A stretch of DNA of 64,000 bases, from NCBI GenBank assembly GCA_945871105.1, contig CAMBUO010000002.1:19662-83661 (forward strand). Direction: 5' to 3'. Shown piece after piece: positions 29,074 to 37,783 of this stretch. The stretch is from an uncultured Clostridia bacterium. GTDB taxonomy: Bacteria > Bacillota_I > Bacilli_A > RF39 > UBA660. Each line of letters starts with the position of its first letter. Positions within the stretch are counted from its first letter, which is position 1. The position numbers and the translations under genes are program-made. A model generated the notes under the pieces. That model worked only from the letters and a program-made list of their open reading frames with translations, ran no database searches and was not told the DNA's origin.

Positions 29074-29137
29074 ACTACCACCATTATAAGTATAACATAG
29101 GAAATATTTAAAGTAAATAAATGATATCTAATAATGT

Positions 29138-29164
29138 AAAAAAAAAGATGTTTTTTGACATCTT
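29138..29164 (-). terminator. Rho-independent terminator after the 29177-30223 gene
   Basis: On the minus strand: AAGATGT-caaaaa-ACATCTT followed by T9. Confidence 0.6.
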
Positions 29165-29176
29165 TTAATGACTTGT

Positions 29177-30223
29177 CTAAGGAGTTGGAAGAGTTGTTGT
29201 GAATTGAAGATCGTAATTAATATTTCCACCAGAAGCAGTATTTTCACAATCAACATCTTGACCTTCTACCCACATATAAATTCTTACTTTAGTTACTCCA
29301 GCTGTTAAACCAAATATTTGAGTATAATCAGCATTTGCAGCCTTAGTTTTATAAGTAGAAGTTACAGCTTTAAATTTTTCACTATGTTGAGTAGCATTAG
29401 CTTCTCCTACTTTAACGGTATCAACATCTATTGGAGCTAGTATACCATCGTAATCAACACGTGCAGCATCAGGACCTTCAGTAATAGTTAATGTATAAGT
29501 ATCACGTGCATGACTAATTGCATTTTTTGTATGAACATCATAGTTTGGTTCCCATAAATATACAGGAGATGAAGCAGCACCAGTTGTTCCCAAAGCTTGA
29601 ATTTTATCAACGGTATCATCAAGTGTTGTATTCCCTAACATAACAAAGGCAACACGACTAGCATTTTTAATACCTGTATCATTGGCATCAGCAGTAACAG
29701 CTGAACTTGGAGTCATATATAAATTTGTTGATGTATCAGATTTAACAAATAAATCAAAAGCAATAAATTTACCATCCGTTCCATTAGTTTCAGTAGACTT
29801 AGTAGCACTTAAATACCAATCACCGGTAGCATTAGCAGCAACTTGTCCATAGAACATTTCCATAAGACCATCATTTCCTACAGTTAAAGCAGATGAAACC
29901 GGTTCCAAAGAACTTGGCAATTGATTTTTAGCTCCAGTATATTTACCAGATGCAGTTTTAATATCAGTTGTTTGAATAATTGATTTCCAATTAGTACCAT
30001 CTACTGAAACTTGAATACCATTTTGAGCAGCAATATTAACAGTAATTGTATTAACTGCTACTGTTTGATTTGATGTAAACCATGCATAGGTTGATGTTGT
30101 TAACATAATACCTGTTCCAAATAACAATAGTAATAGGAACATTAAATGTCTTTTTCTTTTTTTCTTATTTTTTTCAATAACTAAAGTAATTTCATCACGA
30201 TCTTTGTTTTCATTTTCTTTCAT
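29177..30223 (-). CDS. Secreted protein with SipW-type signal peptide (AWFTSN family); apparently monocistronic, candidate major subunit
   Basis: Start refined to MKENENK, with AGAGGTG SD. The signal ends in TTSTYAWFTSNQ. C-terminus VRIYMWVEGQDVDCENTASGGNINYDLQFTT. Has its own promoter and terminator. Richer in Ala/Gly/Thr than its neighbours. Confidence 0.7.
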   Translation of the reverse strand: MKENENKDRDEITLVIEKNKKKRKRHLMFLLLLLFGTGIMLTTSTYAWFTSNQTVAVNTITVNIAAQNGIQVSVDGTNWKSIIQTTDIKTASGKYTGAKNQLPSSLEPVSSALTVGNDGLMEMFYGQVAANATGDWYLSATKSTETNGTDGKFIAFDLFVKSDTSTNLYMTPSSAVTADANDTGIKNASRVAFVMLGNTTLDDTVDKIQALGTTGAASSPVYLWEPNYDVHTKNAISHARDTYTLTITEGPDAARVDYDGILAPIDVDTVKVGEANATQHSEKFKAVTSTYKTKAANADYTQIFGLTAGVTKVRIYMWVEGQDVDCENTASGGNINYDLQFTTTLPTP

Positions 30224-30251
30224 TTTAAACACCTCTCTTATTTTCAATTTA

Positions 30252-30280
30252 ATAATAGCATAAAAAAAAAATGCTTTCAA
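30252..30280 (-). promoter_or_regulatory. Putative sigma-A promoter of 29177-30223 with a T10 tract in the spacer
   Basis: On the minus strand: TTGAAA, 17-nt spacer (gcaT10atgc), TATTAT. The final tgc of the spacer gives an extended -10 (TGnTATTAT). Confidence 0.5.
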
Positions 30281-30309
30281 CAATTTACAACATATTTTTT
30301 TTACTTTAC

Positions 30310-30334
30310 AAAAAAAATTGACACTTAGTGTCAA
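30310..30334 (-). terminator. Terminator of htpG-hsp20 (perfect palindrome TTGACACT-T-AGTGTCAA plus T8)
   Basis: The hairpin lies 6 nt after the hsp20 stop and is followed by a T8 run on the minus strand. Confidence 0.6.
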
Positions 30335-30339
30335 TTAAT

Positions 30340-30705
30340 TTAATCAATAGTAATTTGTTTTTTATTTGATTCAACTTTTTCTGGAATAATTAAATGTAAT
30401 GTTCCATTTTTAAAATCAGCTTTAATATTATCTTCGTCAATATCTCCAAAATAGAAAGATCTTTCTAATTTACGATATCTTCTTTCATGACGAATATATT
30501 TTTTATTTTCATCATGAGCTTCTTTAGATTCAGCTTTAATGGTAATTGTTCCTTTATGACATTCTATTTTAATATCTTCTTTTTCAAATCCAGGAACATC
30601 AACATCAACATGATATTTATCATCTTTTAAATAAACATCACAATTCATTCCTCTAACTTCACTTTCATCAAATAAATCATCTAACATAAATTTTCTTGGT
30701 AACAT
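30340..30705 (-). CDS. Hsp20/alpha-crystallin family small heat-shock protein
   Basis: 121 aa. Alpha-crystallin core DVDVPGFEKEDIKIECHKGTITIKAE ... FKNGTLHLIIPE. Confidence 0.88.
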   Translation of the reverse strand: MLPRKFMLDDLFDESEVRGMNCDVYLKDDKYHVDVDVPGFEKEDIKIECHKGTITIKAESKEAHDENKKYIRHERRYRKLERSFYFGDIDEDNIKADFKNGTLHLIIPEKVESNKKQITID

Positions 30706-30753
30706 ATTATCATCTCCTTTTATTAATATTACCTAATTTATTATTAAAATTCA

Positions 30754-32634
30754 CTATTTACTCATTATTTCACAAATTAAAGATGTTAACTCAGTTGGAT
30801 TTTCAACAGATAATCCTTCAATTAAACGAGCTTGATTATATAAAATCTTCGTATATTTTTCTAATTCATCAGTTTTTCCATCTTTATATAATTCTTTAAT
30901 TTTCTTAGCAACACTAGCATTTTCATTTATTTCTAAAATCTTATTAGCTTTAACATTATCACCATTTGGCATAGCATTTAAAACTTTTTCCATTTCAAGT
31001 GATACATCACCTTCAGATATTAAACAAACTGGATGATTTTTTAATCTATTGGTAAAACGAACACCTTTTACTTGATTATTTAAAACATCTTCCATCGTTT
31101 TAAACATATCTTTATTATCTTCATTTACTTTTTTTATTGCTTCTTTTTCATCATCAGTTGATAAATCAAAATTAGTATCACTAACATTCATAAATTTTTT
31201 ATCTTTGAATGTTCCAATAGTTTTTAAAACAAATTCATCTAAATAATTAGTTAAGAATAAAATTTCTTTATCTTTACTAATAGCATCTTCAACATTTGGA
31301 AGCATTTTAATTTTATCAACCGTTTCACCACTTGCATAATAGATAGTATCTCCATCCATTCTATTTACATACTCGTCTAAAGTAACTAATTTTTCTTCTT
31401 TAGATGAATAGAAAAGTAATAAATCTTGAAGTAATTCTTTATTCATACCATAACTAGAATAAATACCATATTTTAATTGTTCACCAAATGCTTCATAGAA
31501 TTTAAGATAGTTATCACGATCATCTTTTAACATACTTTGAAGTTCTTTTTTAATCTTTGTTTCAAGACTTCTAGCAATTAATTTAACTTGCTTATCTTCT
31601 TGCATTGTTTCTCTTGATATATTTAAAGAAATATCTTCACTATCAACAATACCTTTAACAAAACTAAAATAATCAGGTAGTAAATCAGCACATTTATCCA
31701 TAATCATAACACCTTTAGAATAAAGCATTAAACCTTTTTCATATTCTTTCGTGTAATAATTATAAGGTGCATGAGATGGAATAAATAATAATCCTTGATA
31801 ACTTGTCATTCCTTCTACTTCCGTTTTAATTACTTTTAATGGCTTTTCATAATCATAGAACTTATCTGTATAAAAATCATTATATTCACTATCTTTAACA
31901 TCTTTTTGTTTCTTTTTCCAAATAGGAATCATACTATTTAAAGTTCTTGTTTCAACTTCTGTAATCTTTTTTTCTTTATCCTTAGGATCTTCTTTTTCAA
32001 CACTAACATCCATTTTAATTGGATACTTTATATAATCAGAATATTTTTTAACAATTCTTTCAATTGTGTAAGTTTCTAAGAATTCATCATAATTATCATC
32101 ATCTGTATTATCTTTTAAATATAAAGTAATCTCTGTCCCAAAATCATTCTTTTCACTTTTAGTGATCGTGAATCCATCTTCTCCATCACTTTCCCATAAA
32201 TAAGCATCACCAGAATTAATACTTTTACTTAAAACACTTACTTTTTTAGCAATCATGAAACTTGAATAAAATCCAACACCAAATTGACCAATTATTTCTA
32301 AATTCTTTTTATCCGAATTTTCTTCTTTAAATAATTCTGAACCACTTTTAGCAATTGTTCCTAAATTACTTTCAAGTTCACTTTCAGTCATACCAATACC
32401 ATTATCAATTATTTTAATAGTACGATTTTCTTTATCTAATTCAATTTTAATTCCTAATTCATCCCGATTAACTTTAAGTTCCCCATTAGTAGCACTTAAG
32501 TATACAAGTTTATCAATGGCATCACTACTATTAGAAATAAGTTCTCTTAAAGCTATCTCTTTATTAGTATAAATTGAATGAATCATCATATTTAATATTT
32601 TTTTTGATTCTGCTTTAAATTCTTTTTTCTTCAT
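30754..32634 (-). CDS. htpG: Molecular chaperone HtpG (Hsp90)
   Basis: 626 aa. N-terminal GHKL ATPase motifs ELISNSSDAIDKL and GQFGVGFYSSF. Full Hsp90 length. Confidence 0.93.
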   Translation of the reverse strand: MKKKEFKAESKKILNMMIHSIYTNKEIALRELISNSSDAIDKLVYLSATNGELKVNRDELGIKIELDKENRTIKIIDNGIGMTESELESNLGTIAKSGSELFKEENSDKKNLEIIGQFGVGFYSSFMIAKKVSVLSKSINSGDAYLWESDGEDGFTITKSEKNDFGTEITLYLKDNTDDDNYDEFLETYTIERIVKKYSDYIKYPIKMDVSVEKEDPKDKEKKITEVETRTLNSMIPIWKKKQKDVKDSEYNDFYTDKFYDYEKPLKVIKTEVEGMTSYQGLLFIPSHAPYNYYTKEYEKGLMLYSKGVMIMDKCADLLPDYFSFVKGIVDSEDISLNISRETMQEDKQVKLIARSLETKIKKELQSMLKDDRDNYLKFYEAFGEQLKYGIYSSYGMNKELLQDLLLFYSSKEEKLVTLDEYVNRMDGDTIYYASGETVDKIKMLPNVEDAISKDKEILFLTNYLDEFVLKTIGTFKDKKFMNVSDTNFDLSTDDEKEAIKKVNEDNKDMFKTMEDVLNNQVKGVRFTNRLKNHPVCLISEGDVSLEMEKVLNAMPNGDNVKANKILEINENASVAKKIKELYKDGKTDELEKYTKILYNQARLIEGLSVENPTELTSLICEIMSK

Positions 32635-32670
32635 ATTTTCCTCCAGTACATGATAATCATAACACTACTA

Positions 32671-32697
32671 GTAGCACTTGTCAATAGAGAGTGCTAA
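32671..32697 (-). promoter_or_regulatory. CIRCE (HrcA operator) upstream of htpG
   Basis: GTAGCACTT-N9-GAGTGCTAA against the consensus TTAGCACTC-N9-GAGTGCTAA (16/18 arm positions), 37 nt upstream of the htpG ATG. Confidence 0.7.
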
Positions 32698-32732
32698 AAT
32701 ATTTTAAATTTTTTTTAAAAGAAAAAGATTTG

Positions 32733-33563
32733 CTAAAAACTAATTTTTAACAAATCAAATATAATACCAACTAACACTCCAATTAAATATATACTTATTA
32801 ATATAAAGAAATTTTCTTTTTTATCTTTATTAACTTTAAATAAAACCAATAAACCAATTCCTGATCCCGTTAATAAGCCACCTATTAACATACCAGTTGT
32901 TATAACTTTACTAAGATATAACTCAGTTAGAATAATACTAGCTGAACAATTTGGTATTAAACCAACAAGACTAGCTAAGAAAGGACCAAAAAAATTATTT
33001 TTAAGTAAAATCTTACTAATAGTATCTTCTCCTAAATAATAAATTAAAGTATTTAATAAAAATGTTGTTATTAAAATATAAGAACTTATTTTTAAAGTAT
33101 GAATAAGACTTGATTTAAATATCCCTTTTTCACAGTGACAATGATCATCATCACAAATTGAAAAATCTTTCGTTTCTTTCTTTTTCCAAAAAAAATCAAT
33201 TATATAACCAAAGATAATACCAATTATTATTTTAATTAATAAAATAATAAGAATTAATTTAAAACTAACTTTATTAGTAATTAAAATTGGTAACATCTCA
33301 TCACTTGTTGATAAATAAATAGCTATTAGAGTTCCAATAGTAATAACACGAGAAGAAAACAAATTAGTAGCCATAACCGAAAAACCACATTGAGGAATAA
33401 CACCTAGTAAACTACCAACAATAGGACCTACTTTTTTATTTTTTAAAATATCTTTTTTCTTACTCAAACTATGTTCAAAATATTCCATAATTAAAAAAGC
33501 AACAAATAAAAAAGGAATAATTTTTAGTAAATCAATTAAAGTATCAAGAATAATATCTAACAT
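32733..33563 (-). CDS. Polytopic membrane protein, putative metal transporter (ArsP_2/DUF2899-like)
   Basis: Internal two-fold repeat (GSLLGVIPQCGFSVMATNLFSSRVIT / ASLVGLIPNCSASIILTELYLSKVIT). Cys/His-rich central loop CDDDHCHCEKG. The family assignment is from memory. Confidence 0.5.
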   Translation of the reverse strand: MLDIILDTLIDLLKIIPFLFVAFLIMEYFEHSLSKKKDILKNKKVGPIVGSLLGVIPQCGFSVMATNLFSSRVITIGTLIAIYLSTSDEMLPILITNKVSFKLILIILLIKIIIGIIFGYIIDFFWKKKETKDFSICDDDHCHCEKGIFKSSLIHTLKISSYILITTFLLNTLIYYLGEDTISKILLKNNFFGPFLASLVGLIPNCSASIILTELYLSKVITTGMLIGGLLTGSGIGLLVLFKVNKDKKENFFILISIYLIGVLVGIIFDLLKISF

Positions 33564-33596
33564 AAAATCACCTAGACAATAATAACATAAATAAAA

Positions 33597-34058
33597 TTAA
33601 ATAACAATAAGAGAACCTTGATAATTAGTATTACCATCATAAGTATCACTTATCCATATTTTTAAATTAATTTCTTCTTCTTTATCTTTTGTTAAATAAT
33701 TTAAATACAATAAACCATCCATATTTAAAGAATTAACTGGTAAATCATTTATTTGATATTTAATATAATTATTTGTTAAAGTACTATTATAATTATTATT
33801 AATAAGAAAGATTTTATATTCATGATCTTCTTCATTTTTTAAATTTATTTTATAACTTTTAATGTTATTTATATTTTGACTATTTACTTTTTCTAAATCA
33901 CTTACTTGAATAGTTAAAACATCATTATATAAATCATTATAAGTTAAAGAATAGCTATCCTTTATATTATAATACCAATAAATAGTAGTTGTTATTAAAA
34001 ATAAACTTGTATAAATAATTGATATCAGATAATGAATAATCATTCTTTTATATGACAT
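33597..34058 (-). CDS. Small signal-anchored protein with a camelysin-like C-terminus
   Basis: N-terminal TM helix, then SYSLTYNDLYND. C-terminal NTNYQGSLIVI resembles the NxYQG...strand ending of TasA/camelysin proteins. Confidence 0.4.
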   Translation of the reverse strand: MSYKRMIIHYLISIIYTSLFLITTTIYWYYNIKDSYSLTYNDLYNDVLTIQVSDLEKVNSQNINNIKSYKINLKNEEDHEYKIFLINNNYNSTLTNNYIKYQINDLPVNSLNMDGLLYLNYLTKDKEEEINLKIWISDTYDGNTNYQGSLIVI

Positions 34059-34099
34059 AAAAATACCCCCTAAAATTCGGGAGTATTATACCATATTTT

Positions 34100-34630
34100 T
34101 TAATTTTTTTCAAGTTTGATAGTAATTTCAGGAGTATCAATTTCAACAGGATAATATTTTACCCCACATTCATCAAACATTAATTTACTAGCTTTAACTG
34201 AATCGGTTTCTTCTAAATTGCCATCTTTGTTCTTGAATTTATCAGATAAATAAATAACTTCTTTAATTCCAGATTGAATAATTAACTTAGCACATTCATG
34301 ACAAGGAAATAAATCAACATAGATTTTCGCTCCTTCTAATTCTTTTCTTGAACCACGATAATTTAAAATAGCATTCATCTCGCCATGACAAACAAAAGCA
34401 TATTTGGTATTTAACATATCTCCTTGTCTTTCCCATGGAAAATAATCATCTTTAAAACCATTTGGAGCCCCATTATAACCAATTGATAAAATACGATTAT
34501 CTGATCCGACAATACAAGCCCCAACTTGAGTAGATGGATCTTTACTACGCATTGCTGAAAGTTTAGCAATAGCCATAAAATATTCATTCCAATTTAAATA
34601 GTTTTTTCTTTGTTTTTTTATTTTTTTCAT
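34100..34630 (-). CDS. comEB: dCMP deaminase
   Basis: Zinc motifs HGEMNAI and PCHECAKLIIQSGIKEV. 176 aa. Confidence 0.88.
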   Translation of the reverse strand: MKKIKKQRKNYLNWNEYFMAIAKLSAMRSKDPSTQVGACIVGSDNRILSIGYNGAPNGFKDDYFPWERQGDMLNTKYAFVCHGEMNAILNYRGSRKELEGAKIYVDLFPCHECAKLIIQSGIKEVIYLSDKFKNKDGNLEETDSVKASKLMFDECGVKYYPVEIDTPEITIKLEKN

Positions 34631-35892
34631 ACTTCACCTATTAACATTAAATCCTCTCGTTTAATTATTTTAACTTTAATTAATTCATTACTTTTAAAAG
34701 GTTTTAAAACTTTTACTTTCAAATAATTACCAGTATGACCAAGAGAATAATCAGGATATTCTTCTTCAATTAAAACTTCTACTTCTTTATTTAAAAATAA
34801 ATCTAAATATTCTTTTTCTAATTTATTACTTAAATTAATTAAACGTTTAACTCTTTCTTTTTTTATATTTTCCGGTATTTGATTAGGCATGATATCAGCT
34901 TTTGTGCCTTTTCTCCTAGAATATGGAAAGACATGAACTTTGGTAAATTTAATTTTGGAAACAAAATCTAATGTTTCTTGAAATTCTTCTTCTGTTTCAC
35001 CAGGAAATCCTACAATAACATCAGTTGTTAAACTAATATCTGGTCTTATTTCTCTTATTTTTTTAACTTTATTTTCAAAATAATTAGTTAAATATTTCCG
35101 ATTCATAGCTTGTAAAACTGTATCAGATCCTGCTTGAAGAGGAATATGTAAATGTGAAACAATAATAGGATTAGCTTTTAAAACTTCAAAGAATTCATCA
35201 TTTAACTCCGTTATTTCAATAGAAGAAATTCTTAATCTTTCTAAACCATTTATTTTCACAATTCTTTTTAATAGATCAGGAAAAGTTGTTTGTAAATCAC
35301 TTCCATAATGACCCGTATGAATACCCGTTAATACTATTTCCTTATAACCATTAGAAACTAAAGTTTCTATTTCTTTTATTACTAAATCAGGATCTTTACT
35401 TCTTTGTTTACCTCTTGTATAAGGAATAATACAATAAGAACAAAAGTTTTCACAACCATCTTGAATTTTTACAAAAGCTCTCGTATGACTTGTCATATTC
35501 GTTATAAACATATCTTCAAAAGTATCATCAAAATTATCATAAAGAATTTTTCTCACTTGTTTATCTTTTAAATAATTTTCAACTAAATCTACTACTTTAT
35601 TTTTATCCTTATTACCAATTATTAAACTAACACCAGGTATCTCCATATCTTTATTAGCTTCAATCATACATCCCATAACAACGATTATACTATTTGGATT
35701 TTCTCTTATTAATCGATTAATAACTTTTCTACTTTTAGCATCACTAGTATTAGTAACACTACAAGTATTAACAATATAAATATCAGCTATATCATTAGTT
35801 ATTTCATAACCTCGATCTTTAAAACTTGATAATATATATTCCGATTCATAGGCATTAACCTTACAACCTAATGTAACTGCTTTAACCTTCAT
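34627..35892 (-). CDS. mtaB: tRNA t6A37 methylthiotransferase MtaB (radical SAM MiaB family)
   Basis: N-terminal TLGCKVNAYESEY, radical-SAM CENFCSYCIIP, C-terminal TRAM domain. 421 aa. Lies near rsmE, as in Bacillus yqeU-yqeV. Confidence 0.8.
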   Translation of the reverse strand: MKVKAVTLGCKVNAYESEYILSSFKDRGYEITNDIADIYIVNTCSVTNTSDAKSRKVINRLIRENPNSIIVVMGCMIEANKDMEIPGVSLIIGNKDKNKVVDLVENYLKDKQVRKILYDNFDDTFEDMFITNMTSHTRAFVKIQDGCENFCSYCIIPYTRGKQRSKDPDLVIKEIETLVSNGYKEIVLTGIHTGHYGSDLQTTFPDLLKRIVKINGLERLRISSIEITELNDEFFEVLKANPIIVSHLHIPLQAGSDTVLQAMNRKYLTNYFENKVKKIREIRPDISLTTDVIVGFPGETEEEFQETLDFVSKIKFTKVHVFPYSRRKGTKADIMPNQIPENIKKERVKRLINLSNKLEKEYLDLFLNKEVEVLIEEEYPDYSLGHTGNYLKVKVLKPFKSNELIKVKIIKREDLMLIGEV

Positions 35893-36232
35893 AATTTTTA
35901 TTACCTATTTTTTTAGTTTTAGAATCATTGGTTAAATCTTCATAATATTCATTACTAATGTTTTTCATTTCATTAAAAAGCCACGTTAAATTATCTTGAA
36001 CAAAAGGTGCAATATCTTCTAGTTTTGCTCCCTCTTTCAAACAAAAATTAGCCCCATCAAATATAAAGAAACGATCTAATTCCTTAAATCTTAAATCCTC
36101 GCGATGATAAACATATCCTAAATTTTTCATATATATTAAAAAATTAATTATTATATTAGGATTCAATTCACTTCGAAAAACATAATAAGCACTAGCTATA
36201 ATTTCATCATAAGTATATTTTTTTTCACTCAT
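35882..36232 (-). CDS. Hypothetical protein
   Basis: ORF with start refined to MSEKKYTY. No recognisable domain. Confidence 0.5.
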   Translation of the reverse strand: MSEKKYTYDEIIASAYYVFRSELNPNIIINFLIYMKNLGYVYHREDLRFKELDRFFIFDGANFCLKEGAKLEDIAPFVQDNLTWLFNEMKNISNEYYEDLTNDSKTKKIGNKNYEG

Positions 36233-36273
36233 AGAAACCCTCCTCAATAAATATTATAAAATAAAAAGAAAAA

Positions 36274-37071
36274 TCATTCAAGATTCTTCTTTAATTCATT
36301 TAAAATATTTAAGAATTGATTAGTTTTTCTAATTTCTTTATCAAGTTTTTCTAAGTTAGCTGTATTTTCTAATTGGATATCAGCTAAGTTCTCTCCTTCA
36401 ACTCCATTTATAGGTGAAAGATAAGGACTACTATTAAATTCTCCTTGATAAGCTTCTTCAATTGGTAAAGCTTCAAGAGATTCATTAATAACTATACCAT
36501 CATCATTATTACCATTAAATAACTTAAATACTTCATCTAAAGTAATTGGTTCATCTCCATCATCTTCCATAACAGTTGTAAGTTCATTAGTATTTTCAAG
36601 TAATTCCTGATAACTAATAATAGCATTTTCTTCTTCAATAGTTTCTAAATTAGTTAAAGTATCTTCTAAACTAACTTGATGTTCTAAAGTATCTTCTATT
36701 TTAGCTAATTCAACTAAAGCTTTTTCTTTATTATCAAGATTAGTTTCAACAGTTTCAATTTTTTTAATCATTGGTGGTTCTAAATCCAATGCTTCTATTT
36801 CTTCATCAGTAACAACTTCTTCTACTTCTTGAATTTCAATATTATTATTTTCAAGAACTTCTTCTTGTACTTGAGTAGTCATTTCTATCATTTCTTCTTT
36901 TTGAATAGAAGAAAGTTTTTCTTGTTCTTCTTCAAGTATAATCTCTTTCTTACGATTTAAAATATCACTAATAGTTAAAATAATAACTATCAATAACAAA
37001 AAACAAACTACACTTAACATAATTATTAATTCTTTTTCCGTAAATAAATTAAGGAAATCCATAAAATTCAC
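36274..37071 (-). CDS. Hypothetical membrane-anchored, highly acidic protein
   Basis: One N-terminal TM helix followed by a Glu-rich low-complexity region. Overlaps the rsmE stop by 4 nt. Confidence 0.5.
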   Translation of the reverse strand: MNFMDFLNLFTEKELIIMLSVVCFLLLIVIILTISDILNRKKEIILEEEQEKLSSIQKEEMIEMTTQVQEEVLENNNIEIQEVEEVVTDEEIEALDLEPPMIKKIETVETNLDNKEKALVELAKIEDTLEHQVSLEDTLTNLETIEEENAIISYQELLENTNELTTVMEDDGDEPITLDEVFKLFNGNNDDGIVINESLEALPIEEAYQGEFNSSPYLSPINGVEGENLADIQLENTANLEKLDKEIRKTNQFLNILNELKKNLE

Positions 37072-37778
37072 CTCGTATATTCGTAATTTATCATACTAAG
37101 AGCAACAATACTAGCTGTTTCGGTCCTTAAAACAAAATCTAAAAGTCTCGTACTTATAAAACCATGACTAATTAAATAGTCTTCTTCATCTTTTTTAAAT
37201 CCGCCTTCAGGACCTATTACTATAATCATAGTACCACACTTTTTATTATTTTGCAAAATATTTTTTAGACTCATTGACAATTCATTTACAGTACAAAGTA
37301 TTTTTAAATCATAATCTAGTTTAGTAATATCTTCTAAATTCATAATATTAAAAACTTTCGGAATAACATTTCTTTTGGCTTGACGACTAGCATCATTAAC
37401 TATTTTTTGCCATCTAAGAATCTTCTTACTATCATCACTAATTTTAATAACACTGTTTTTAGTTCTTAAAGGAATAAAACTATAAGCACCTAATTCTACT
37501 CCCTTTTGTAAAACTAAATCCATTTTTTCTTCTTTAACTAAACTTTGACAAATCGTTACCTTAGTATCTAATTCATTATACTCATCTTTTTCTTTAATTA
37601 GACGTACTTTTACTATTTCATCAAGTGAAATAATTTCCCCTAAATAACAAACATCTTGATAAACTACTTCTACTCTTGATCCTAATTTCATTCGCATAAC
37701 TGTTTTTGCATGATAACTATTTTCCTTGTTTAATTCAAAAATATCTAAATCTTTTTTAACACAGAAATAACGTTGCAT
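37068..37778 (-). CDS. rsmE: 16S rRNA (uracil1498-N3)-methyltransferase RsmE
   Basis: Starts MQRYF. C-terminal SPOUT knot motifs IVIGPEGGF and LRTETA. Confidence 0.85.
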   Translation of the reverse strand: MQRYFCVKKDLDIFELNKENSYHAKTVMRMKLGSRVEVVYQDVCYLGEIISLDEIVKVRLIKEKDEYNELDTKVTICQSLVKEEKMDLVLQKGVELGAYSFIPLRTKNSVIKISDDSKKILRWQKIVNDASRQAKRNVIPKVFNIMNLEDITKLDYDLKILCTVNELSMSLKNILQNNKKCGTMIIVIGPEGGFKKDEEDYLISHGFISTRLLDFVLRTETASIVALSMINYEYTR

Positions 37779-37783
37779 ACTAC

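Noticed and set aside
29177-30334. N-terminal extensions proposed by the ORF track. Examples: 30334 start for the AWFTSN protein, 21333, 20246, 8368, 6742, 45679, 46200, 49061, 52820, 58315, 63749, and the TTG/GTG starts at 40819 and 39344.
   Set aside because: The extensions run through terminators or upstream genes and lack an SD. Internal ATGs preceded by GGAGG/GGTGA-type SDs give N-termini typical of the families.
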